Origin: Pseudomonadota bacterium
GTDB taxonomy: Bacteria; Bdellovibrionota_B; Oligoflexia; Oligoflexales; CAIYRB01
Direction of reading: 5' to 3'
Assembly: GCA_031416315.1 (NCBI GenBank)
Contig: JANOTL010000003.1
Coordinates: 1 to 26,326, forward strand
DNA: 26,326 nt
Part shown: positions 1 to 7,763 of the stretch, piece after piece
Numbering within the stretch: position 1 is the first letter of the stretch
How the letters are laid out: the number at the start of each line of letters is the position of its first letter
Notes under the pieces: generated by a model
What the model saw: only the letters and a program-made list of their open reading frames with translations
What the model was told of the DNA's origin: nothing
The model's database searches: none
Translations under genes and position numbers: made by a program

Positions 1-401
1 CCGCCGACCTCGACCTGGGCGCCGCGCGGCGCGAAACCCGAGGTCTGCGGCGCGGACTCGGGAAAGGGGACGAGCTTCAGGAGGTCGGCGGAGGTGACGC
101 GCCCGTCGGCGTGGGGAGCCAGGTGCGAGCTCCGCTCGGCATTCCCGATGAATTCAGGGTAGCGGCCGCGGCGCAGCAAGTGGACGTCGGCGCCGTCGGC
201 GCGAGTCTCACGGGACAAATATTCGTGGTGCTCGAAGCGGCACCAGCGAGGCAAGTCGTCGCGCAGGGCCGGGTCGCGCGAGGCGAGCGCGACGACCGCG
301 CCGACGTCGGCGCAGGCGAGCGCCGGGCGCAGAAGCGAGAGGAGGCCCTCGCCGATCGTGAGATCGCCGCCGTCGACGGCGACCGCGCTCGCGATGCTCA
401 C
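1..401 (-). CDS. Partial (3' end outside window) protein with N-terminal TusA/SirA-like domain
   Basis: Not in the ORF track. GTG at 401-399 overlaps the upstream TGA (GTGA). Frame open to the window edge: MSIASAVAVDGGDLTIGEGLLSLLRPALACADVGAVVALASRDPALRDDLPRWCRFEHHEYL...SGFAPRGAQVEVG. The first ~78 aa follow the TusA pattern (D-x-x-x-L...ALxxxxxGxVxxxxxxDP...DLPxWC...H) but the CPxP cysteine is absent. Confidence 0.75.
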   Translation of the reverse strand, partial: MSIASAVAVDGGDLTIGEGLLSLLRPALACADVGAVVALASRDPALRDDLPRWCRFEHHEYLSRETRADGADVHLLRRGRYPEFIGNAERSSHLAPHADGRVTSADLLKLVPFPESAPQTSGFAPRGAQVEVG

Positions 402-1222
402 GGATGGGGCTCGGGCGCCGTCTCGGGATCGGCGAGCGCGGCTCTCAAACTGTCGTAGCCGGTCTCGCGCGGCGGCATCCATTCTTTCAAGCCTTCGAGC
501 TCGAGGAGGCGGCGATGCGTCGGATTGCTCCAGCTCATCGCGAAGAGCGCCCGCTTGAAGGCTTCGATCTTCTGGGGGTCGGCCGACGGCAGCGCGTCGA
601 ACATGCAGTGGTCGTAGGGCGGCGTCGACCAGACGGAGCGCACGCGGGCGGCGTCGATGCGGCCGGCGGCCTGCTCCAGGATCCAGATGAGGTCGCCGAC
701 GACGCCGGCGTCCGCGGTGCCTTCGTGCACGGCGCGGAGGACGTCGAGCTCGCTGCGCCCGGTGTCGCCGTGCTTGCCGACGTCGGTGTCGAACTTCACC
801 TGTTGGACGGCGCGGAGGTCTAAGCCTTCCCTCTTCAGGAAATGCAGCGGCAGGATGCGGGCCTGCGTCGAGTCGCGGCTGCCGACGGCCAAGCGCTTGC
901 CGGCGAGCTTTTGCGGGGAGTCGATGCCCGAGCCCTCGCGGACGATGAGCCGGGAGCGGAAATCGCGGTCGGAATCGCGCATGCCCAAAGACAACGAGCG
1001 TCCTTCGGTCGCGGCCTTGATGCGAACGTGCGCGAGCGGGGTGCTCCACGCCAGGTCGATCTTGCCGGCGAGGAGGAACTCCGTCTGCCGCTCGTAGTTC
1101 GAGAACAGCACGAAGTCCATCGGCGCGTCCTGCGCGACGAAGAACTCGCGGATGCCTTCCCAGATCGAGACGACTTTCGGGTCGTAGGCGACGGCGCCGA
1201 GGACGATCGTTGCTTTGGTCAT
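398..1222 (-). CDS. PhnD/SsuA-type (periplasmic-binding-protein type 2 fold) protein, no signal peptide
   Basis: 274 aa; motifs LFSNYERQ, GKIDLAW, LAGKRLAVGSRDSTQARILP, AVHEGTADAGVVG typical of phosphate/phosphonate-binding proteins; N-terminus MTKATIVLGAVAYDP starts directly with the first strand of the fold. Confidence 0.85.
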   Translation of the reverse strand: MTKATIVLGAVAYDPKVVSIWEGIREFFVAQDAPMDFVLFSNYERQTEFLLAGKIDLAWSTPLAHVRIKAATEGRSLSLGMRDSDRDFRSRLIVREGSGIDSPQKLAGKRLAVGSRDSTQARILPLHFLKREGLDLRAVQQVKFDTDVGKHGDTGRSELDVLRAVHEGTADAGVVGDLIWILEQAAGRIDAARVRSVWSTPPYDHCMFDALPSADPQKIEAFKRALFAMSWSNPTHRRLLELEGLKEWMPPRETGYDSLRAALADPETAPEPHP

Positions 1223-1247
1223 GAGCTAGGGCCTCGTCTCGTGCGGA

Positions 1248-2420
1248 TCAGAAGAGGGGGAGACCCGTCAGGGCTTTGCCGACGAAGTCGTTGAGATGAT
1301 CGACCGTGGGCGCCATCACCCAGCCGGCGCGCGCGTCGCGGAAGTAGCGCTCGACCGCGAGGTGCTTCGAGAACGCGGCGCCGCCGCAGGTCTTCATCGC
1401 CAGGTCGGTGACCATCGTCGCCGTCTCCAGCGCGAAAGCGCGCGACTGCAGAACGTACAGCGGAGTCATCGCGTGCGGGGCTTCCATGTCGTTGACGGTG
1501 TAGCCGAGAAGCGCGCGCGAGGCTTCGGTGCGGGCACTCATCTCCGCCAAGCGGGCGCGCAAGTTCGGCAGGTCGCGGAGACGCGACTGGTTGTGCGTGA
1601 ACTCGCCGTCGGTCAGATGCTTGCCGGTGATGCGGACGCAGGCGAGCGCCAGGCCGTGAGCCATCGCGGAGGTGCCGACGGCGAACCAGGGGAGGATCAC
1701 TTCGAGCATCATCGCGGCGCCTTCGCCGTTCGCGGTCATCAGGGAGTCGCCGGCGACCTTCAGCCCTTCGAAGCAGACGGCCCCGGAGTCGTTGCCGCGC
1801 AGGCCCATGCCGTCGAACCCTTTGTCGGCGCGGACGCCTGCGGCAGTGCGCTGCACGGCGTACATGGTCGACTCGAGCGGCGAGGCGGCGCCGGGGCGCT
1901 GGGAGCTCGCGACGTAGGAGTCGGCGTGGTTGGCGGAGGTGACCCAAGATTTCTTGGCGTTGACGGTGAAATGCGCCGCTTTCGCGTCGCCTTCGAGCTT
2001 CGATACAGGGGCCCAGAACTGCGAGCGGGAGCCGGCCTCCGAAAGCGCCAGCGTCGTGAGGTGACCCCCGGCCGCGATCGCCTTGAGGACCTCGGTCTTG
2101 TTCTTCAGGGTCTTCGACGCGGCGTAGGCTTGGGCGCCGGAGTTGTGCATGACGTAGATCATCGCGGTCGAGGCGCATTCTTGCGCCAATTCCTCGACGA
2201 CCGCGGCGAAAGTCTTCGGCGCCTGGCCTTGGCCGCCAACTTCGGTCGGGAGCGTCAGGCCGAAGAAGCCCGCATCGGCCAAGGCCTTCATGGCCTCGGC
2301 GGGAAAGCGACCCTCCTTGTCGGTGGCGGAAGCCCGCTGCCTTAGCTCGGTCTGAGCGATCTTCTTCGCCGATTCGAGCCACTTGTTCGCGGATTCCGAC
2401 ACGCCGTAGAGGTGCTTCAT
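1248..2420 (-). CDS. Acyl-CoA dehydrogenase-fold flavoprotein
   Basis: 390 aa; LADAGFFGLTLPTEVGGQG, ALSEAGSRS, KSWVTS, GMGLRGNDS, CGGAAF, VERYFRDARA; SD AGGAG about 9 nt upstream. Confidence 0.93.
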   Translation of the reverse strand: MKHLYGVSESANKWLESAKKIAQTELRQRASATDKEGRFPAEAMKALADAGFFGLTLPTEVGGQGQAPKTFAAVVEELAQECASTAMIYVMHNSGAQAYAASKTLKNKTEVLKAIAAGGHLTTLALSEAGSRSQFWAPVSKLEGDAKAAHFTVNAKKSWVTSANHADSYVASSQRPGAASPLESTMYAVQRTAAGVRADKGFDGMGLRGNDSGAVCFEGLKVAGDSLMTANGEGAAMMLEVILPWFAVGTSAMAHGLALACVRITGKHLTDGEFTHNQSRLRDLPNLRARLAEMSARTEASRALLGYTVNDMEAPHAMTPLYVLQSRAFALETATMVTDLAMKTCGGAAFSKHLAVERYFRDARAGWVMAPTVDHLNDFVGKALTGLPLF

Positions 2421-2473
2421 GGCCGACGACTCCTGGAGCTACTGGGATAGATCCATGATTGAGACAGGCTACA

Positions 2474-2503
2474 AGGGTACGAGGAACTCCCCGAGAGCGT
2501 CAA
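2474..2503 (-). promoter_or_regulatory. Candidate sigma70 promoter of the ACAD operon
   Basis: Minus strand TTGACG (2503-2498), 18 nt spacer, TACCCT (2479-2474), about 55 nt upstream of the ATG at 2420. Confidence 0.45.
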
Positions 2504-2877
2504 ATGCCCCAGATCGTCGTCAGATAGGCGTCGCGGCCTTCTTTCGCACAGTATTCCTTAAACTCCTTGGGCTTCTTCTTGTAGTAGTCCTGGTGCTCTT
2601 CCTCGGCGCGGTAGAACGTGGTCGCCGGGGAGATCTCGGTGACGATCGGCTTCTTGAAGCGGCCGGTCTTGACGATGGCGGCTTTCGATGCCTCGGCGAT
2701 CTTCTGCTCTTCGGGCGTCCCGTAGTAGATCACGGTCCGGTAGTGCGAGCCCTTCTCGCCGAACTGCTCGTTAACGGTCGTGGGATCGATGCTGCGCCAG
2801 AACGCGTCGACGAGCTTCTCGTACGTGACCTTTTTCGGGTCGTAGGTCACCTCGACCGCCTCGGCGTGGCCGGAGGT
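2500..2877 (-). pseudogene. msrA: 5'-truncated peptide-methionine (S)-S-oxide reductase MsrA
   Basis: Frame reads TSGHAEAVEVTYDPKKVTYEKLVDAFWRSIDPT...QF...YRTVIYY...FYRAEEEHQDYYKK (MsrA motifs). Upstream are two in-frame TGA (2893-2898) and no GCFW catalytic motif in any minus frame before the next gene. Confidence 0.85.
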
Positions 2878-3017
2878 AGGCGGCGCTCGCCTTCATCAAC
2901 GACTAAGGATGGTTACATAGCGCCCGTTCGACGCATTGCGCAGGTGGGGCGCCCGAAGCTAGGTTCTCCCGGTTCCCATGAACCGACCGCTTCGGAGACC
3001 TTGCCATGCAAGACGTC

Positions 3018-4295
3018 ATGAATTCACAGGTTGCTCGCGCGCTCGCCGCGGGCTTTTTTTGTTTGTCGCTGGCCGCTCCCGCCGTCGCCAAGGCATCGAA
3101 GCCTGCGTTCGGCACCTTGGAGCTCGACCTCTCGAGCTACGAGTACCGGCAGCTCCTCACGGCGCAGAAGCGCGTGAAGGACGGCGAGAACGAGCCGGAG
3201 CGCAGCCCCGCGCTCGACGCGATCATCGCCGTCGGCGCGCGCAACCTGGCGTGGCTCGAGTTCATCAACGCGACGCGCCCCGAAGCGACGAAGCTCCAGC
3301 TTTCTACGGCCCAGACGCAGCGCGGCTACCCGATCGACGCGCCGACGCGCTCGAACGAGTCGATCGTGACCGCGGAGTGGACGGCGCTGCAGGCGAGCCT
3401 GCCGGCGTTCATGACGGAGATCCTCGTCGGGGGCGGCGAATTCATCGGCACGCTGCCGATCGCGGACGACGCGTTTCTGGCGCAAGTTCGCCTCGTAGAC
3501 CGCGTTTATCAGCGCGCGGCGCGTTGGATCCTGCAGGTGCCTTACTTGGAATATTACACCGAGATCGCGCGTCGCGATCTGCGCGGGTATTACCACCTGA
3601 GTCGGATGAAGGACCTAGAAGGCACGCTGAAATCGTGGGGCCGGCTCACGGATGCGCGCAAGGCCGAGCTTTCGGGTTGGCTCGTTTCCGAATGCCGGAT
3701 CGAAGAAGAGAGCGGCTGCGAGGCAAAGCTTGCGGAGAAGGTCGCGGCCGATGGCCACCCGTGGGCGTTTCAGCAGCAGTATGGCGACTTGGCCGCGGCG
3801 TTCTGGGACACATTCTTCGTGATTCCGGCGACGCGCAGCGACGTGACGTGGACGGCGGCGGAGCCCGAGGTGTTCCGGATCCCGTTCCGCGATCCGGGTC
3901 GTGAGGACGTCAAAGCCTGGTTGAAGGAGAACATCGAGGACGAGTGGCGCTGGCTCGACTGGCGCCTGACCCTCGATTTCCAGGTGGAAGGCGACGACGA
4001 CATGACGCACGTCGTGTTCCAGGCCGGAGCGACGCCGCACGTCAACGGCCTCGCCGGCAGCGAGATCACCATGGACGGCAACCGCAGCATCGGCGAGTAC
4101 ACCTCGCGCTGGACGATTCGGCACGAATACGGGCACGTGCTCGGCTTCCCGGACTGCTACCTCGAGTTCTTCGACGCGGCCGCGGGCGAAATGATCAGCT
4201 ACCAGCTCGACATCACGAACATGATGTGCAGCCGCCGCGGGCATCTGCAGCAGAAGCACTTTGACGAGCTGAAGCGGGTCTATCTCACGCCCTAA
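3018..4295 (+). CDS. Secreted putative zinc metalloprotease (metzincin-like)
   Basis: Signal peptide (ALAAGFFCLSLAAPAVA); C-terminal HEYGHVLGFPD (HExxHxxGxxD) followed by a Met-turn-like NMMC. Alternative start at 3006. Confidence 0.85.
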   Translation: MNSQVARALAAGFFCLSLAAPAVAKASKPAFGTLELDLSSYEYRQLLTAQKRVKDGENEPERSPALDAIIAVGARNLAWLEFINATRPEATKLQLSTAQTQRGYPIDAPTRSNESIVTAEWTALQASLPAFMTEILVGGGEFIGTLPIADDAFLAQVRLVDRVYQRAARWILQVPYLEYYTEIARRDLRGYYHLSRMKDLEGTLKSWGRLTDARKAELSGWLVSECRIEEESGCEAKLAEKVAADGHPWAFQQQYGDLAAAFWDTFFVIPATRSDVTWTAAEPEVFRIPFRDPGREDVKAWLKENIEDEWRWLDWRLTLDFQVEGDDDMTHVVFQAGATPHVNGLAGSEITMDGNRSIGEYTSRWTIRHEYGHVLGFPDCYLEFFDAAAGEMISYQLDITNMMCSRRGHLQQKHFDELKRVYLTP

Positions 4296-4316
4296 GGGGA
4301 CCGTTTACCGGAGGGC

Positions 4317-4345
4317 TTGCGCCGAAGAGGGAGTCACGCTATCCT
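4317..4345 (+). promoter_or_regulatory. Candidate sigma70 promoter
   Basis: TTGCGC (4317-4322), 17 nt spacer, TATCCT (4340-4345) upstream of the ORF at 4390. Confidence 0.45.
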
Positions 4346-4389
4346 GGGTCCACCATACAAACGTATGGCTAACCTAAGGGGCTGATATC

Positions 4390-4692
4390 ATGTTGAAAGT
4401 CATTGACCTCGACGCCACGCCCAAGGATTGCGACGGCCTCGTCTTCACCCTGACGCTGAACGGAGAAAAGGCCGGCTTCTCTGAGCAGGAGCTTGTCGAG
4501 CTGCTGCGCGCCCGCCACGGAGGCAAGGCTAGTGCCCGCAGAGGCAGCGTCCGCGGCAAAGCCGTTTCCAGCAGCGTAGAGGCGGAAGACAACGGCGAAA
4601 GCGGGAGTGATTTCGATCCTCCGCAAGGAGCCAACGCCGGTCTCAACGGTTCAGGCGAACATCAGGTCAACGGGGCGCTTGCCTTGAGTTGA
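4390..4692 (+). CDS. Hypothetical protein (100 aa)
   Basis: ATG with AAGGGG SD-like element, fills an intergenic gap, globular-looking N-half and low-complexity tail. Confidence 0.6.
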   Translation: MLKVIDLDATPKDCDGLVFTLTLNGEKAGFSEQELVELLRARHGGKASARRGSVRGKAVSSSVEAEDNGESGSDFDPPQGANAGLNGSGEHQVNGALALS

Positions 4693-4696
4693 GTCG

Positions 4697-5062
4697 TCAT
4701 TTCGTCGGTGTGACGACGGGTGTCACTTGCTGCGGCGTCCGGGTATTCGAGGCCCCTCCCGGCATCTTATCGGTCGACCAGGTACCTGCCCGAGCTTGGC
4801 AGTCCGCCTGATTCGCGGCTGAGGCCGCGGTGGCCGTGCCGCCGATGCAGCGAGCCCCTCCGTCTCCCGCTTTGTTCGATTCGACGCGGCCTGCCGAGGC
4901 CTTCACACCGGCATCGGTTTCGGATTCGGCCGGAATCGTGAGACCGGACGTGGTCGGCGTGACGGGAGTGCTGCTCGAGCCTTTTTCCGCCAAAGCGCGC
5001 GCCCCGACGGCGGCAAGATACACGGCGGCGCCGGAAAGCAGCACCGTCTTAAGGGTTTTCAT
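4697..5062 (-). CDS. Small secreted Ser/Thr/Gly-rich protein with a Cys pair
   Basis: Start re-assigned to MKTLKTVLLSGAAVYLAAVGARALA (signal peptide); contains CIGG...NQADCQARAGTW. Confidence 0.7.
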   Translation of the reverse strand: MKTLKTVLLSGAAVYLAAVGARALAEKGSSSTPVTPTTSGLTIPAESETDAGVKASAGRVESNKAGDGGARCIGGTATAASAANQADCQARAGTWSTDKMPGGASNTRTPQQVTPVVTPTK

Positions 5063-5148
5063 CGTTCTTTCCAACATCATGAGCTCCTTCGAGAGTTCCA
5101 GATCTTCACCCGGGCCTTCATGCAATTGCGGCGCCAAGAGGAGACGAT

Positions 5149-5739
5149 ATGATCGGTAGCGGTACGGTGGCCTTGAAGAGGCAACACCATGAGCACGAAC
5201 AATGTGACGAGATCGTCGCTAACACCGCGGAGGTGCTGTGCGCCTTGCAAGCACTCGCAAAACCCCAGCTGCTCAGGATGAAGAAATACGCGCGTTATCG
5301 CATGCGCGCGATCGGGGACGCCGCGCGTGGGCGCAATGACGAGGACCTCCTCGGCGAAGCGCTCACCGCCACCCTTTCGGGACAGCGTCGCTGGAAGCCG
5401 CGCTCTGTCGACTTCGAAGGGCACATGCTCGGGGCGATGCGTAGCATCTCCTCGCATTGGACGGATCGCAAACCCCACCTTTCGCTAGAGGACGCGCCGC
5501 CCGTAGCCTCGCTCAAAGGCGATCCCGAGCGCGAGCTCGCCGCGAAAGAGGAGATCGCCGCGATCCGCGCGCGCTTCGCGCACGATGCGGTCGTCCTCGG
5601 GTTGATGGAGGACTTGAGCCTCGGACTCACCGGCCCGGAAATCAAGCTGTCGCGCGCGTGGTCCCAAGCGGATCTGGAGACGGCCATGCGACGACTCCGG
5701 CGTGGCGTGGAGAGGATGGGCGGAGGACGGCGCTCATGA
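5149..5739 (+). CDS. Atypical ECF-type sigma-70-like factor
   Basis: AGGAG SD; region-2-like LLRMKKYARYR...EDLLGEALTATLSGQRRW...GAMRSISSH and region-4-like HTH GLTGPEIK...LETAMRRLRR. Confidence 0.7.
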   Translation: MIGSGTVALKRQHHEHEQCDEIVANTAEVLCALQALAKPQLLRMKKYARYRMRAIGDAARGRNDEDLLGEALTATLSGQRRWKPRSVDFEGHMLGAMRSISSHWTDRKPHLSLEDAPPVASLKGDPERELAAKEEIAAIRARFAHDAVVLGLMEDLSLGLTGPEIKLSRAWSQADLETAMRRLRRGVERMGGGRRS

Positions 5740-6059
5740 GCGAGTTGACCGCACGACTGCGCCTCTTCTCGGCCTTGGCCGAAAGCAGCGCGCAGCTATC
5801 CGATGCCGAGGCGCTCGCGGAGGCGATACCGGGCGAAGCCGAGCGGATTCACGCGAAGCTTTTGCAAGTGGCGCGGGACCACGAAGCGTTGACGCAACGC
5901 GATTTGCTACTCCCGGATACGCCTGGCGAGCGTCGCGACTTTCTGGAGCGGGTGCTGCGACGGCTTGCGATTCCCTTCGAAGACCTCGGCGAGCTCACCG
6001 ACACGGACGTCGAAGGCCTTTTGATTCGCCTCGGCGAAGTCGGATTCTTGCCTGCCTGA
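5736..6059 (+). CDS. Hypothetical 107-aa acidic helical protein coupled to the sigma-like gene
   Basis: ATGA overlap at 5736-5739, GGAGG upstream; MSELTARLRLFSALAESS...LTDTDVEGLLIRLGEVGFLPA; no TM helix. Confidence 0.75.
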   Translation: MSELTARLRLFSALAESSAQLSDAEALAEAIPGEAERIHAKLLQVARDHEALTQRDLLLPDTPGERRDFLERVLRRLAIPFEDLGELTDTDVEGLLIRLGEVGFLPA

Positions 6060-6095
6060 CTCTTTCCCTCGCTCGCCTCGTGCGCCCTAGCCCCT

Positions 6096-7718
6096 TCAGC
6101 GCCCACTTACCTTGGACACGCGCTCACCTTCACGCTCCGTCGACTGCGTCGATGCTTTTGCAGCGTCCGCAGCTTCCCGCATCGCGCCGATGCGCTCGAG
6201 CACGTGCTGCCGTTGCGCCTTGAAATGCAAGTACATCGCATTCAGACGCCCGCACATGTCGAACGCATTCGGGCCGCGCAGGAAGGAGTAGATGAAGTTG
6301 CGCCAGAAAAGCCAACGGACCTCAGGATCCCTGGTCATGCGCCAGCTTACGATGAAGAGCGCGCGCAGGTCGCGCTTGATCTCGAAAGGTCGCGGCATCC
6401 GCATCGGCAGGTGATTCAGGAGCTTGATCGCCCGGAAGACGCGGTCCATGTAAACTTTCGGCGAGTAGATGCGGTCGACGACGGCGCTGAACTCGGCCAG
6501 GATCTGGTAGCGGTCGCGCGTGGTGACGAAGTTCAGGCCCGGGAAATTGGCCTTGTTGGTCTCGAACGCCGTCTCGTTGCCCAGCAAGCGTCCCTCCCGC
6601 TGGAGACGCCGCGTCAGCTGCGTCTGCGGCAAAGCGACCAGAAGGCCGCACATGGCGACGACGACCGGGCTCTCCTCGATGCAGTCGATCATCGCCCGGT
6701 CCATGCCGGGCGGCTCGCCGTCGAAGCCCATGATGAAACCGCCGACCGGCAGCAGACCGACGTCGAGCATCTTACGGATGCGGTCCTTGATCGGACGCAC
6801 GGCGTTCTGCGATTTTTGCGTCTTCACCAAGAGCTCGGCGTTCGGCGTCTCGATGCCGGTGAAGATCACGCGGAAGCCCGCCATGACCATCTCTTTCATC
6901 ATCGGCACGTCGTCGGCGAGATTCATCGACGCTTCGGTCTGAAAGTAAAACGGCCGCAGGCGCGGGCGGTTCCAGCGCCTGAGCGCCGGGATGATCTCGC
7001 GCCGGATGTAGCGCTTGTTGCCGATGAAGTTGTCGTCGACGACGTCCACGACGCCGCGATAGCCGGTCTTGGCGATGGCTTTGAGCTCGCGGATGATCTG
7101 CTCGGGACCCTTGATTCGCGGCTTGCGGCCGTAGAGCTCGATGATGTCGCAGAACTCGCAGTTGAACGGACAACCGCGCGAGATCTGCAGGGCCATCGCG
7201 GCATAGTCGTGCGGATCGAGGAGGTCGTAGCGCGGCAGCGGCGACGTCGTCATATCGGGTTTTTCGGCGGAGCGGAAGGTGCCGCCCGGATCGCCGCGTC
7301 GCCAGCTCTCGAGCCAAAGCGGAATCGTCATCTCGCCTTCGTCAAGGACGCGAGCGTCCGCAGCGGCGTAGACCTCCGGCTGGCTCGTCGGGTCGGGGCC
7401 GCCGACGAAGACGAACTTGCCGCGCCTTTTCGCCTCGGCCATCAGCGTCAGGAAGGCGTCTTGCTGCGGCAGCATGCCGCCGATGCCCACGACCTCGGCC
7501 CAGGCCCAGTCCGCGTCGCTGACGGCGGCGACGTTCTCGTCGACGATCCGGAACTCCCAATGCTGCGGCAAGATCGCGGCGACGGTGACCAGCCCGAGCG
7601 GGATCGTCGGCGCCTTCACGCCCATGGGCTCGATCGCGGCGCGATAGTTCCAGAACGATCCGAGCGGGAACGTCGGATGCACCAATAGGCAGCGAATCTT
7701 CTCGTCGGGAGTTCTCAC
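6096..7718 (-). CDS. B12-binding radical SAM protein (DUF4070-type C-terminus)
   Basis: PLGLVTVAAILP and VGGPDPT cobalamin-binding region; SRGCPFNCEFCDI (CxxxCxxC); VDDNFIGN; GFIMGFDGE; LPQTQLTRRL. Confidence 0.93.
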   Translation of the reverse strand: MRTPDEKIRCLLVHPTFPLGSFWNYRAAIEPMGVKAPTIPLGLVTVAAILPQHWEFRIVDENVAAVSDADWAWAEVVGIGGMLPQQDAFLTLMAEAKRRGKFVFVGGPDPTSQPEVYAAADARVLDEGEMTIPLWLESWRRGDPGGTFRSAEKPDMTTSPLPRYDLLDPHDYAAMALQISRGCPFNCEFCDIIELYGRKPRIKGPEQIIRELKAIAKTGYRGVVDVVDDNFIGNKRYIRREIIPALRRWNRPRLRPFYFQTEASMNLADDVPMMKEMVMAGFRVIFTGIETPNAELLVKTQKSQNAVRPIKDRIRKMLDVGLLPVGGFIMGFDGEPPGMDRAMIDCIEESPVVVAMCGLLVALPQTQLTRRLQREGRLLGNETAFETNKANFPGLNFVTTRDRYQILAEFSAVVDRIYSPKVYMDRVFRAIKLLNHLPMRMPRPFEIKRDLRALFIVSWRMTRDPEVRWLFWRNFIYSFLRGPNAFDMCGRLNAMYLHFKAQRQHVLERIGAMREAADAAKASTQSTEREGERVSKVSGR

Positions 7719-7763
7719 GATGTCTCGAGATCGGTCGAATCGCCCGGAAAGTGCACTATCTGA

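Noticed and set aside
398..1222. Phosphonate ABC transporter or Pho regulon link with phoD
   Set aside because: No signal peptide, no phnCE in view, and phoD lies about 10 kb away in a separate unit.
2893..2898. TGA codons upstream of the msrA fragment as selenocysteine or readthrough
   Set aside because: Two tandem TGA, not in a GUFW context, and the sequence beyond them has no MsrA similarity.
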